DNA of 64,000 nucleotides from Tubulanus polymorphus (taxonomy: Eukaryota > Animalia > Nemertea), in NCBI RefSeq assembly GCF_964204645.1, contig NC_134025.1, positions 19,071,101 to 19,135,100 of the forward strand, written 5' to 3'. The position numbers and the translations under genes were made by a program. The notes below the pieces were generated by a model. The model was not told the origin of the DNA, searched no databases, and saw only the letters and a list, made by a program, of their open reading frames with translations. Shown here in pieces: positions 38,271 through 51,663 of this stretch (position 1 is its first letter; every line of letters starts with the position of its first letter).

Positions 38271-38492
38271 TGAATGAAGAAATCCCGTAATAGAATTTTA
38301 AATATGATAAAATTTGTTAAAGATGAAACCGCAACATTTCCACTGTTGACTAACAGCCATCATCAGGTAGAATGTAGACATTCCAGTGATAAGGGCTTTT
38401 AGTCAGATGGCTGTCAGTCAACAGCCGAAACGTTGTGGTTTAACTATAGTAAATTTCATGATACAAAATTCTATTGTGGAATTTCATCATTT
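38271..38492. mobile_element. Inverted pair of Penelope-like terminal repeats
   Basis: 38271-38363 is inverted relative to 38406-38492 and contains GATGGCTGTCAGTCAACAGCCGAAACGTTG. Confidence 0.55.
38329..38370 (-). ncRNA. Minimal type I hammerhead ribozyme motif (degenerate)
   Basis: Minus strand: CTAC-CTGATGA-TGGCTGTTAGTCAACAGTG-GAAA-TGTT-GCGG. The plus-strand partner keeps an intact stem II and GAAACGTT but lacks CTGAT. Confidence 0.55.
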
Positions 38493-41349
38493 ATCTACAG
38501 TTAACACGCTTTAGAGCATTTTATTCGACTTCTTCGGGTCCTGTAGTCGTTTAGATCGAAAATTATTTACTAAGCGGCAAAGAAGGGATATACAACCGTG
38601 TTGGTCGCTATGAGAGGGATTCCCTGTATATCTGCACCTTAAACCGGTACCTATTTTGGTTCTAGCCCGCATTCACATCCAAATTCAAGTATTGGTAACA
38701 TTGGTTAACGATAATCTGAGAAAAAGAGTTTAGTTGGAGAAAACTAATTATTATCTTATAATTCAGCGATTCATTGGTTCATCGATTCAGCGAAGTTCAA
38801 ACACCGTACATGTTGGCATGTTATTATATTGGCACCTTGAAATAAAGTTTCAAATAGATATTGCGGTGCTAAGTTTATTAATATTAAGAGGTAATTACTT
38901 TTGGTTTGTGGTCTTTTGGTGGTCAGTGCAGTTTGTTCATTCGTTCATCAATCACTGTCCAGTTAGCCAGTGTAATTGACCTGCTGAACAGAGCTGCTGC
39001 TGGGTTTTTGATAACCTATATAAACAATTTACTTAACAAAGTAGGAAAGTATGTGGAACTAGAATTACAGCCTATTGCATTTCATTCACATCTTAAGCCG
39101 AAAGAAGTTTTCTCTATCAAATGAAATTGCTGACTTCAAAATTAACATCTCAACACTGCACTTTTATACGCTAATCGTTTGATCTTTTATAATAAGTTGG
39201 TAATTTCATTTCAACCAAACTGTATAACTACGAAATAAGATTTTGATTATGGTATCACTTCTAGCGAGCGATAAAACGATTCAATATTCATTAACGAAGA
39301 AGCAGAGAACATCGTGACAAAGTGAACATCACATGGATTACTTAAAAATCGTTTGTATTGAAATAAACAATAAATTCAAGGTTAATTCTAAGTATTTTAG
39401 ATACATTTTTTTCGTAATTCATTTTTTGAACATATGATTTTATTTGTATATTCCTCTCTCATATACCCTTAAAACAAATTAAGCCAAAAAAGCAAATTTA
39501 TTTTTTTGTCTTTCTTTTCTACAAAATCAAAGATTTATGAACGCACCAGAATGTTTTATAATCGCAAATGTAAAACAAAAATCTTAAAATTCTAAGAATT
39601 CTAGGACTGGCACTATATTTTAGTATTAATGGATTTAATCCATGATGATGTTATATGAATCAATAGTTTCCCATTTTGTTGAGGGTAATATAATTTAGGG
39701 GATTCTTAGCATCTCAAAAACTTTGATTTTCTATTCACAAAACTGTATTAAAAGCATACAGAGTTCTGTATACAAAGCATATAGGGTTTAACAGTACCTT
39801 TGAACCTGTCACGTATCACTGCAAATCTTTAACAGATAGCTGCTATTTTGAACAGGAAATAACCATGCCATCTCAAAATGGTCACTTTTCAATAGTTGAC
39901 TTTTAGACACGATGTGTTTTGAGAGTAGCTGCTATCGTAGGAGTTACTATCACAAAGTCACTGTTAACAGGCGGGTGGTTTTACAGTTACCTCTACTGCT
40001 AGCGTGCACTATCGAAACCAGATGTTTCAAAATAGTCACTTTTCAATAGTAGACTCTTCGAAACAGCCACTATAGAAAACCAACCGAATTGAAAGGAATA
40101 CTATTTCAGAGTGACTGTTTTGAAATGTATACTACTGGAAAAGTAGCCGATATCGTTAATTGCTTATTGTTCTCAAGTGGCTACTAAGTAAAAGTAGACG
40201 CTTGGGCTCAAAAGTGCGATAGACATGTTCTTGGATTCAGCCTTTCAAATATATTACTGCACTTGATACAAATTTCCAAAAGGACCAATCTTTGAGGCGC
40301 AGGCAGTTGGATTACTATCTGATAGAAACTCTGTAGATAGAAAATTTGTAGGAGCCTAACTTTATGACACACGCATACTTTTTTGAAAGCTAATTACTTT
40401 TTGAATCTTCGTAGAAGAGATTTATTAAAACGTAATTTTAACCAGAAGTACAAAGCGGTTTGGATGGCTACCAATCCTAACGATCTGAAGGCATTCGCCA
40501 CATTCGCACACTGCAACAGTAGTAGGCCTCTATACATTTCCACTATTCATTTTCATCATCAAAATCATTGCCGGCACTAAACCTATTTTCTGACTAAGTC
40601 TCATCATCTGAACTGCACTGTCACCAGCATCACTGCCAGCATCATATACGAGCTGCTGAACCGTTTCATCCAGCCAAATTGTTTCTTCCTGGCTGCTGCC
40701 ATCTTGCATTTTATGCAGATGGCAGCACCGGCTGATACTGATAGATATGCCCTTCTGAAAGCAGGGTTAAGCGATACCGTATCACATACATTACGGGTAT
40801 GCTAGCTTGCCAATCTGTACCGTATGTCATATGGTAATGGTATTGTAAGGTTAAGACTGTTGTGTCTTGGAACCCTGATCTAGAGGGTTTTGCCATGGAA
40901 GCGTTTACTTTGTCATGGAAAGTTTGGTTTTGGTATGCTTCAATTCAAAATGTCTTTCATAGATTAACTAAGAAGGATCACATAGAATCATTGTTATTCC
41001 CAATTGGCTAACACAACCTTGGTTTCCAAAATGGCTCTTGAGTAAATCAAATCGCATTCTTTATTGTAGAGCAGACCAGTTGCAGCTACCACAAGTCGAT
41101 GTCACCCGATTTAGAACAGATTGAACTTACGGGCGTGTTTAGCTTAGTGTCTAATTTTAAGGCAAGATGTCTGTCTCCACAAACTTCGACTTCATTTAAT
41201 TGCTTTGTCGCTTCAACAGTTAACGCGGGACCAATACGAGGTTTGTTTTGAACAATGGGATAATTATGCTACTGACAACGGTTTCGATTTTTCTTCGCTG
41301 GAGCCAGAATCACAGGCTCAGTTTCTAAGCTCTTTGCATAGAAGAGGGC

Positions 41350-43200
41350 AAAAGAGTGACACGTTACAAGCCTTTAAGACTGTTCTGGCTGATATATTGC
41401 CATATGGTAAGCTTGGCGTGGTGAAAAGTGTTCGTTCAGACAATGGTGGTAAATTAATAACAAAAGATTTTGAATCGTTCCTTATTGAAAACAAAATCAG
41501 GCATGAGAAATCTTTGCCACATTCGCCTCACCAGAAAGGAATAGCAGAAAGGGCGTGGCGGTGATCATTTGGAATGGCACGCTTATTGTTAGACTCTTGT
41601 TTACCCAAGCAATTGTGGTTTTAGAATCGTGTTATATTCGAAATCGTTTGAAACTAGGGGTCCAGGGACACCACGCCCGCTTGGGAAGTGGTTTCAAATG
41701 CTCAACAATCTAACAATTTCAATGTCCAATGCCCCTGGTGACCATATACACAAACCAATGACCTTGAAATTCAACACAATCATAGAAAATGTCAACAACT
41801 ACTATTTGGTAATTGATTGTGATAACAAAATTTGCCTCGTTACCAATTCAATATGGATATACTAAGTTATTCTACTATTCAATGCCCCCTGGTGACCATA
41901 TGCAAATGCCAATGACCTTAGATAAAACTAGATAGAACTTGAAACTCACCACAATCATAGAATGAACTACATGCAATTGATTGTGGTAACAAAATATGCA
42001 TAGCCACAAATATACTTAGAAATACTAAGTTATTGTATTATTCAACGCCCCCTGGTGGCCATATACAAAAACCAATGACCTTGAAACTCACCAAAATCAT
42101 AGAACAAGTTATGAGCGACAACTTTCCAACTGATTGTGGTAACACAAGATGCTTATGTATCAATATAATGTGGAAAACTTTTTCCCACCTACAAATGAGT
42201 ACTGATGACACCAAGATGGCCGCCAATTGAACCATAATTGGATGATCAAAAATACCTGTCTCAGGTATAAAACATCCCTTTCCAAAGAATATCCATCACT
42301 AATCGCAATGAGAAATGGCAAACCATTCTCAGGACTCAGCATTCCGCCCAAAATTGTAAATTTTGGGCACTAAAAAGGTCATATGATGGCCACCTCGAGT
42401 TCGGTCGACCCAATTTTTCTTATGCTGATTGGCTCTTGGGGGATTCAAATACATACGAAAGATCAAGGTAATTGATCAAAGCGTCTTCAAAATTTCCCTC
42501 AAAGTTAAAAAATGTGTAAAAAGTGTGGATTTTGGTGAAGAACATTGGCTGCCAGTCGGTAATCTTGATTCTGACAGGGCCAGTTTTTGGGGCTGAAGAT
42601 GTGTCTAGGATAGATACACGTGTAACCTACGGACAGACAGTGAACGGACCTATACAATGACCAGTACTAGGCCAGCAGTAACAAACATGTCCAACCAAAC
42701 TGTCGGTTGTATAAATAAAGCTAAACATGTTCTTCGTTATTTGAAAGGAAACAGGCATAAAGGCTTGGTATATAAAAGATCAGAAGATCAGATATAAGTT
42801 TAGATTTCGTTTTATCAGATTTCTTAGTTAAGTTAATAATAGTGCTCCAGTATCCCGGAAAAGCAGGAAACCATGGACAGTTGCCTTATGTGCGTGTGAA
42901 GCAAAGAATATGGCACTTGCTGGTGCTTTACAGGAGTCGAAGTTTTTTAGCCAGTTATTCGAGAATTTATCTTTTGAAAACATTTGTCAAAATAGGTCAG
43001 TGTTATTGTACCGAGATAATCGAGGTGCGATGGCATTGGCCAATAAGTACAGTACATCATCAATGATCCAAACATATTGATATTCGTTTCAACTTTGTCC
43101 GAGACAAATAGCGTAGTGGTGGAATTATCTTGAAATACAGAGGAAAATTTAACTGATATTTTTACGAAGCCTGTTAATAGAAGTAATTCATAAAATTTCT
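41350..43200 (+). mobile_element. Ty1/Copia pol relic (integrase core; RT end and RNase H), interrupted by HINE C
   Basis: KSVRSDNGG...HEKSLPHSPHQKGIAERAWR...LPKQLW; after 42650 AKHVLRYLKG, VALCACEA, DNRGAMALA, SKHIDIRFNFVRD. Confidence 0.8.
41653..42650 (-). mobile_element. HINE family C copy
   Basis: Colinear with 30554-31620. Confidence 0.85.
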
Positions 43201-43443
43201 TGATGCAATGTCTGCCATAGGGCCTATAGATAACTGTACATGAATTCGAATGTTACGATTACTAATTTTCAGCTGCTTCTAATGTTTTACGTGAACGGAG
43301 TGACAATTTGAAGTTACGATGAAAATGAGAAGAGTCGGCGCTATTTTTTCGTACTACTATATTTTCGATCCATTTTACTAGCATTGGCATGACGTCATAG
43401 ACGTCAACCAATGCTAAAAAGGGCACATCTTATAGCGTATATA

Positions 43444-43650
43444 CCACAGGCTTGGATTTTATTTCCGGGTTGTTGATACTCTCGCGAGAATGGCGCTAAA
43501 TATGAACTGCGAATAAATTCAAAATATCATGGAAATACCTTGTGTTTATATTGTTTATTTATCCGCTATAAGGTTCCGATAAACAATTGGTCGTTAGAGA
43601 GTATCAACAACCCGGAAATAAAATCCAAGCCCATCGCCAAACCCCTATGG
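43444..43650. mobile_element. MITE with CCA(T/C)AGG termini in a TATATA site
   Basis: Inverted repeats GGCTTGGATTTTATTTCCGGGTTGTTGATACTCTC; TATATA on both sides; an empty-site-like copy of the flank lies at ~43750-43770. Confidence 0.7.
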
Positions 43651-44164
43651 TATATACGATGAAAACTGTGAAAAAGGCATATTCTGTTATATCTTTTCTG
43701 GAATAAGGGCACATGCAATGTCAGAAAAGTTGATAAAAAGGTCACATTTTATAGCGTGTATACGATGAAAACTTTTTAAAATTTGAATATTTTATCAGAG
43801 GAAAGGAAATGCAATAAAACCTGACAAATTATTGTGCAATTACGAGAATAGAGTATAAATAAAAAGATGATGTGTATGAAACTCAAATTTTACGTGCTTG
43901 TTTTTTCCCTATCTGTGGCACCTTCCTGGACCCTAAGGTTACAAAATGAAGTCTAAATATTGACTTCTTTTTCTCCTAGAATGGACCCTCTGAAATGCGG
44001 CAAAACACATTTAAGAACACCAAATTTTCAAAATTTATGGGGGAGGTCCCCCAGAACCCCCTTGTGGGCTTAGCGCCTTCGGCGCTCGCAATGTGCCTTC
44101 GAAAGGTGTGCCCTACTTCGTCCTGTCCACCCCCCTACAAAAATCCTGGATCCGCCCTTGAGCT

Positions 44165-46335
44165 CATCTACTCTCAAATTGGAACTAAGCTGTCAGATCA
44201 CTTTCCAGTATTTGTTACAATTGCTGACCACAAAATTAAAATGAAAGTACCTTGTACATAAGGTATCAGAATTTTTCAAATTATGCAATTGCATCATTTA
44301 AACGTAAATTACTGTCACATGACTGGTCTCATGTATGTAATTTAGATGATGTAAACTCCCTTTTTTTTAATTCTGTCAACAAACTTTATACAGAGAGCTT
44401 TCCTATAGTGTGCAGAAAATTTTCTATTTATAAAGATAAGAAGAAATCCTGGATTTCCAGAGGTTTTTCGAACTCATGCAAGGAAAAAGATAGATTATTC
44501 AAAAAATATTGTAATACTAGACTTCAAAGTGACAAAGAAGTTTATATCAGGTATAAGAATATATATGATATGTCCATAAAAACTGCCAAAAAATTGTACT
44601 GTAGTGCTCAGTTTGCTAATGCAAAGGACCCTAAAGAAACCTGGAAGATTACTCATAATTCAATCAATAAGAAACCATTTGCTAATGAATTTCCAAATTC
44701 CTTTACTCATGAAGGCAAAACATAACCAGATTAATCTGATATTGCAAATGGATTAATAATAATTATTTTTCTAATGTAGGTCCAAACCTGGCACACAAAA
44801 TTAAACCAACCTCTGAACACCTCTCTTCCTTCTTGGGTCCTAGACAAACAGACAGCCTATTCATTTTGCCAACCGACCCAATGGCAATTGAAAGAATTGT
44901 TTCAAACTTTGAAAATAAACATAGCTCAGGTATTGATTGCATAACTCAAAAAGTTCTCAAGCGAATTATCGATGTAATATCTGTCCCATTATCACATATT
45001 TTCAACTGTTCTCTATCAACAGGTATTTTTCCTGATTTATTCAAAATTCAAAAAATAATTCCGATATATAAAAGTGGAAATAATGATGTATTCACAAATT
45101 ATAGACCAATATCTATACTACCATGCATTTTAAAAGTTTTGGAAAAGATAATGTATTTTAGGATTATCAAATTTATTGAAGACAATAGGACATTATCACC
45201 CAACCAATTCGGATTCAGAAAAAATCACTCAACTTATATGGCCATTTCAGCATTTGTTGACAAAATCAGTACATCATTAGATAACAGGAACTCGACAATT
45301 GGCGTTTATCTAGACTTATCTCGTGCCTTTGGTACCATCGATCACGAAATTCTACATGTATTAAAAAAACTTGAGATGGTATTAGAGGTATTCCTATATA
45401 ATGGTTTAAATGTTAGCAGATGACATGTGGGTTACCACAGGGATCGATTTTGGGACCGATTTTATTCATTCTATGTATCAATTACATTACACGTGTGTCA
45501 CATATTTTGAATTTCGCGATGTTAGCAGATGATACCAATGTATTTGCTGAGCACAATAATATAAAACGATTGATCATCTTAGTAAATTCAGAGTAAAATA
45601 AACCAAACATATGGTTCAGAGCTAATAGATTATCTTTGAATCTGGGCAAAACACATTACATGGTATTTAGTAAGGTAAAACACAAGATTCCAGTTCGTAT
45701 AGTTATAGATGATTTTGTATTATCCCAAGTATCTGACACTAAATTTCTAGGAGTACAAATTTATCAAAATCTCTCTTGGAAACCTCATATTAGTTTAATT
45801 CATACAAAAATTGCTCAATTCATTGGTATTATCTCTAGGCTAAAATATCTATCTCCGAAACCTGTTTTACTGAAATTGTATTATTCCTTCATCTTTTGTC
45901 ATTTAAGCTACTGCAACATTATCTGGGGAATACGTATCCCTCCTCTCTATATAAATTAGAACTTCTACAAAAGAAGGCAATTCGAATTATTACTCAGTCT
46001 GACTACATGGCTCATACCTCACCTCTGTTTCAAAGAACAAAAAATCCTGAAACTTTCTGATATCAACACGTTCCAAATTGCTCAATTTATGTATCTATAT
46101 TCAAATAATAAGCTCCCACAAATTTTTGAAAACTTCTTCCAATACAGCTATAATCCATATAATACTAGATCCCGAAACAATCGAAACATCCACTTAGAAC
46201 GCTCAAATACTAAATTCTACTCCCTTAAAATCAAAGGCCCAAAAATTTAGAATACACTCCATAGTTTGATTAAGAATGCCTCATCTATATCAATGTTCAA
46301 AAGATTACTCAGAGAAAACTGCATTCTTGCTATTA
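44165..46335 (+). pseudogene. CR1/L2-group LINE ORF2 fragment (endonuclease end plus RT), degenerate
   Basis: LSDHFPVF, NYRPISILP, QFGFRKNHST, LDLSRAFGTIDH, PQGSILGP, ADDT, KFLGV, LYYSFIFCHLSYCNIIWG; many stops and frameshifts. Confidence 0.9.
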
Positions 46336-46377
46336 ATTTCTCTTTGCTACGATTGTTTAACTCGGAACCCCAATATG

Positions 46378-48604
46378 ATTAGGGGTTTTCTGTTTCTTCA
46401 CAGATAACCCTTTCTAAGTCGTCTTTCCGATATCTACCACACGTTTCTTATCACGTCGATTATCAATTCAAGCATAAATTAACAAATTTAAAACCCAAAG
46501 ATTGCACAGTCAGTCGCGGTTTTTAAAAACTAATTTTAACAATAGCCCATTTTCCTCATCAAATCATATCACCGATACACAGGAAATTTACTACTTTAGA
46601 TTTGAAAAGCACTGTCGAACCGTAAACATCGACTAACCGACGAGGGTCGCTACATCATCGTTCCGGGATCAGCTGCGAGTTTCTCCTCATCATGAGAATC
46701 AAATCGAGTACAAATTAATTTATTACTACCTGTGATTTGGCCACAGGCTTCAAGCAGTTAGTTTAACAATACCTTTTTTTCTTTACCAAATTAACCGTTT
46801 ATTTACTAAGATTAATCATTAGAGTACCGGGGAGTCGTAGGCCTAAACTAAGCACGCTGACGAGATATAGCGGAGAAAAGCTGTTGTGTCGACGAGGTAT
46901 CAAAATAAAAGAAGATATTACTTAATTCAGCCGCGGGCTTCAACCATTTATCAATACTCTATATTTCCTATAGTACATACCGAACTTTGTCAAATGCACA
47001 AGGTATTTACTAAATACAAGGATATAACACACGCCTATCCGTATGCTGGACTCACACTTGACATTCGGAGTAAGCGTACGCCGTGGGGGAAAGGAGATCA
47101 TTCGCTGTGTCGCTTGAAGTGTTTATCGAGTTGTACGCGACCTTTAGGCTTTAGGCCTTCCGGTACTGAGCTTGACTGTCTCAAACAAACACAGTATAAT
47201 TGTTGCGTTTATTAACGGACTCATTGGATTGAACTTCAAAACAAAATTTACGATATTTAGGAGGGTTGTTATTCAATAGGCCTACGACCAATCTGTCCGG
47301 ATGTTAGGCCTACGCATATACATAGGCCTACATAGGCTAGTAGCCTCTACTAGGTTAAAGCTAAGTTCACTGTGAAGTAGGAGTCAGATTTATTAAAATG
47401 CATGTTAATTAGTGATTAACTGGTTCTGACTTGCAACGATCAATCACAATTATCAATTTGAATCAATGCGACGGGTTGTGACTGTCAGCAACGCCAGTCA
47501 CAAGGAGTTGCACGAGTTCTACTTTCTGCGACGCGACACGACAGTCACAACCAACCTACGCGCTCTTGCGACTGGCAGAAACTAGTCGCACACAGTCGCT
47601 GACAATCATATCGCAACCAACTTGCACCGAAACTTGCAATGCAACGCGAGGATCGCATCGCGTCGCAAGGCCGACCTACATCCGGCTTTAAGTTACTGCG
47701 GAGCCCCAGAAATATCTTTTTTTTCATTCAAAAGACCTTTCACTTGAAAATTCTTTCGTCGGGACAAAATCTATTTTGTTTGAACCAATAATATTCTGTT
47801 CAATTTGAACCAATTTGAAAAAAACGTTAGAACAAAGTTGAAGAAACTTTTTTCCGTCCAAACGAAAGGTTTTTCATTCTAACAATCGTTCGATCGAACA
47901 AAATCGTTTTAATTTGAACAGAATTTTCTTGTCAGAACATTAAGTTTTTCGTTCGAACAAGTATATTGTAAAGGTTTTTTCTCCAAACCAAAGGTATTAA
48001 GTATTTCGTTCAATCGAACAGAATAGTTTTCATTCAAACATTCGTTCGAAAAAAATTGCTTTCACTCAACAAAATATCTTTGCCGGGACAAAAAGTTTTT
48101 CATTTCAACAATAACATAGCTTTTTATTAGAACACATTTTTTTGTCAGAATGAAGAAAAGTTTTGGTTCAAACAAAAAGCGTATTGTTCAATCAAACAGA
48201 ATTGTTTTCATTCGAACAAGATTTTCTTGTCAGAACATTAAGTTTTTTGGTCAAACAGCGTGTTAAGGTCGTTTTGGAAAATTACTCGGTCTGGTATATT
48301 TTGGATTACTGTGTATGTCATTTGTCAGGACATTAAACAGAAGAGGACTTAGGATGCTACCTTGCGTGACTCCACTAGTTAGACCGACTAACTAAGATGA
48401 GGCGTTCCGTTGATTTTGGCTACAAGTTTTCGTTCAGAGATAACTTCTGAGCCATTTGCGCGACCTATCATTGATACTGTTTCCTAATAGCCTGTTTAGT
48501 AATGGCTGATTTTGTGCCTTATCAAATGCTTTGTCAAAATCCACCATTGAACAGGATTCTAAGACTGTGCAGAAAACCCGTTATCGCTGCTTTGCAGCTA
48601 TATT
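46378..48604 (+). mobile_element. HINE family B copy
   Basis: 5' GGGTTTTCTG...CAGATAACCC; 3' GCAGAAAACCCG + GCTGCTTTGCAGC + TATATTT; colinear with 28810-32560. Another 5' start follows at 48650-48890. Confidence 0.85.
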
Positions 48605-50609
48605 TATCAATTTATTTTTCATTTTGTTTTATTATCATTACTATCACTATTATTAGGGTTTTCTGTTTCTTCACATTTAGATTCGCCTGATTATTTTTTC
48701 CCTTTCCCACACAGTTTTTGTTAAAAGTGCATAGGCTACCTTACCTTACCGCTGTTGCCCATACAATCCATATGATATCCTTCAGCCTACTTCAATCTCC
48801 AGATACTGCATGGGAATTTTAATAAATCCACGTTATAAAGGCACTGCCGAGCCGTAAACATCGGCAATTTGGCCCCGTTCAATTAGTAGCCGTGTTGTGT
48901 TTTCTTTCTGACATTTCTCTCTTCTTTTTGAGGAAGATCTATGGAATTATTCCCTCTCTTCTCCACAATCAATTTCAAAGTGAATTTTATGGAATTTTTC
49001 TGATTTTCTAAATTCAGAAAAATCTGGAATTCAGAATTTTCTGTCAATTTTCATTTCTGGACATGTATGTTAGTTCTGAGATATGTCGCGTTTCTCTCTC
49101 TCCTCCTGGAAGGTACAAAATTCTTAACCTTTTTTAACCTGTAACACCGTTGTTTCCGAGACGGTTTTCTGAATGCTTGAAACCTTTGTCACTTATTTCG
49201 GGACAAAAGTTTGTCATTAAGGGAGAGTGTTGCTGGGCTGATTATTCGGCAAATTTATTTGGTAGACTCTATTTGGTGATACCACCTTCATGAGACTGTA
49301 TATAGTTTGAAATGTTGGCGAGAATAGGGTTTGTTTATTAGCGGTCGCCTTTCAGGCAACCACTCTGTAGTAAAAATAAATATGATAATATATTCTATTC
49401 CCGCAGGTTTCAGAAAGCTTCATTTTATTTTAATCGAATTACCATATTAAATCATGTATATTAATCAAATTGGGTTTGTTCGTTGGCATTCGCCTTTCAG
49501 GCAACCACACCAAGAATGTGATAATATAACATATTCCCGCAGGTTGTTTTGGATTTGTCGGTTGTTGGAGTGACCCATGATAAATGAGGCATCCGTGCCA
49601 GAGAGCCTCGTTACGTACAGAGCAGCCTTACTTGATTCAGGTTGTATACATGCACATGGTTCTAATACTGAAAAAGTATTTTATTCGCTAAACTGGTCTA
49701 CCCTTTCATCGCAGAGGGGAGAATTGACCAATTAAGTTTATATGACGGACTTTGTCCTCCTTACGTTTCTAACCTCATTAATAGTTTTAGGTTCATTCCA
49801 GTATGTGCATTGAGAGAAAGACATCCGTTTTCTTTCCCACCGACCCCATCTGTTAAAATTGAGAGAAAGACGTGTTTTCTTTCCCACCGATCCCATCTGT
49901 TAAAATTATGTCATCCCCAATGTATTCCCAATGTATTCTCAAATGCGGAGATGGAATATGGAATAAAACCTTGCCTGTAATTAGAACATTCCCAACCTCA
50001 TCTCAATTTAAATTCAGAATTCGATCAAATACACTAAAAACAGCCTATAGCACTACAGACATGACAAACTCGTAGTGATGTAATAAACCTGAACCGCTTG
50101 CGAGTGGATTTTCAGCTTCCAGCGCATTATTTTCGTCATAATTTTGAAAATGTAAATCCCTCAGGCCAAAAAATTATTTGTTGCTCATTTATGAAGGAAA
50201 ACTGTATGCCCAAAAGTGACCCTGCAGGCATTTAATTTTACTTTTTCCATAAAAGAGTATGAAATTTGACATATTTCCACCATAAGTATATGCGCATCTT
50301 TTACCACGGCATATTGTCTTCTTTGAGTAACCATGCATTACTTGAACATTTATCTTCTTGGGATAAGCATGTTTCTTTATTCTATACTTAATTTCCTAAA
50401 CGCTAAATAGATGTAATAATGAATTATTCTTGAGAATAAGCTATTAAGCAGGGAGTAAAACGACGTTTTGTCCTCCACGAAACCAAGTTTTCATTTTACC
50501 GCCACCCAACCGCCATCTTTTCTCGCTGCTTTGCGAAATATACACGTGTTTACCTAGATTTTTTTTTGGAGAAATTTCTCAACTGGTATGGGGTTATTGA
50601 CTCACAATA

Positions 50610-51629
50610 ATGCAGGACCCTGATAGAGTGTCCGCTGACCGACCAGAAGGTCCTAGCCCCGGTACTAGTGGTACAGGAAAGGGGGCAGGTCACGGAAATC
50701 CATCTCGCAGCCGATCACGGAGATCGCGATCATCTCCGGAAGTCGAGCTTTCGGATGCTTTCTCCGCCGGAGGGTCAGATTTTGACTATGAATCCGACGC
50801 GGTAAGTGATAATGACTTGCGTTCAACAGTTCAATCGGCATGTTCTAATAAACGGGTTCGTAGGGCCAGTTTAAGCCCTAGTTTCGGTTCGTCGCCAGAA
50901 TCGTACGATAAAACGAAACGTAAGACTAAGGGACACAGATCGAGCCGCAAACGTTCTGCCTCATCTGGGGCTCGCTCACCATCTGTAGAATCTGAAACTT
51001 TTGACAGATGTGACCCAAATGAGGAGGAGAAAGCAAACTCATGGTCACTCAGTAAGAGTCAAAATAAATACTTGGAGAAACATTTTACTGAATTCCTCAA
51101 AGAAGACATTATTCAAAGTAATGTTTTAAAGGACAGTCCCGTTCCGAACAGTGAGATATTGACTGTACCTAAACTACAGGAGGATATGCTTAATCTTCTC
51201 CCGTTTAATCTGCGGGAACCGTCTTCGAAGCTTGATGAGAACTTGGCCAGAGTTGGGCAGCGTATCAGACAAATATCGGGCCTGTTAGGTTTATTCTGGC
51301 AGGAGTTAGAGAAAGCCAGGGAAAACCCGGAAGATATGCTAGAGTTAAACTCCCTTATCCAGTTGGTGGAGAAAAGTTTCTTGCTCGTGGGTCAAGCGTT
51401 TGTGTGGAACAACTTTGTTCGTCGAGTTGCTTTTATGTCAACTCTAGTCAAGAATTTTCGGAAGGCAAACAGCATTGTCAAAGATAATGGAGCAATCTTA
51501 TCGAAAAACAGGCGGAGGCTCTTTAGATCAAAATTCTACAGGGCTCTGCACAAGAAGGCCTTGGAATCCAAAAAGGCTAGGGAAATACGTCAAAGTTTGA
51601 CGCCGAATTCCCGGCCGAGATCGTTCTGA
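50610..51629 (+). CDS. gag: DIRS gag-like ORF1
   Basis: 339 aa after the left ITR; PVPNSEILTVPKL...D..L..V...I...GLLG..W pattern typical of DIRS ORF1. Confidence 0.8.
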   Translation: MQDPDRVSADRPEGPSPGTSGTGKGAGHGNPSRSRSRRSRSSPEVELSDAFSAGGSDFDYESDAVSDNDLRSTVQSACSNKRVRRASLSPSFGSSPESYDKTKRKTKGHRSSRKRSASSGARSPSVESETFDRCDPNEEEKANSWSLSKSQNKYLEKHFTEFLKEDIIQSNVLKDSPVPNSEILTVPKLQEDMLNLLPFNLREPSSKLDENLARVGQRIRQISGLLGLFWQELEKARENPEDMLELNSLIQLVEKSFLLVGQAFVWNNFVRRVAFMSTLVKNFRKANSIVKDNGAILSKNRRRLFRSKFYRALHKKALESKKAREIRQSLTPNSRPRSF

Positions 51630-51663
51630 CGAGGAAGACCCTTTCCAGGGGCGCCTCCGTCAC

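Larger units (their letters stand above)
37218..40246. mobile_element. Non-autonomous DNA transposon with ~445-bp TIRs and AAAT TSD (Sola-like)
   Basis: 37218-~37665 is the reverse complement of ~39805-40246 (GAAAGGCTGAATCCAAGAAC...); AAAT at 37214-37217 and 40247-40250; no transposase recognised inside. The superfamily call is tentative. Confidence 0.8.
36900..41350 (+). mobile_element. Old DIRS1-like relic split by a long-TIR element
   Basis: gag-like KYLCPENLPN..PVNQAIWRKLTK|YITALDTNFQK reads across the insertion; IPNWLTQPWFP (~40995-41030); recombinase N-terminal-like SLQQLTRDQYEVCFEQWDNY...QFLSSLH. Confidence 0.6.
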
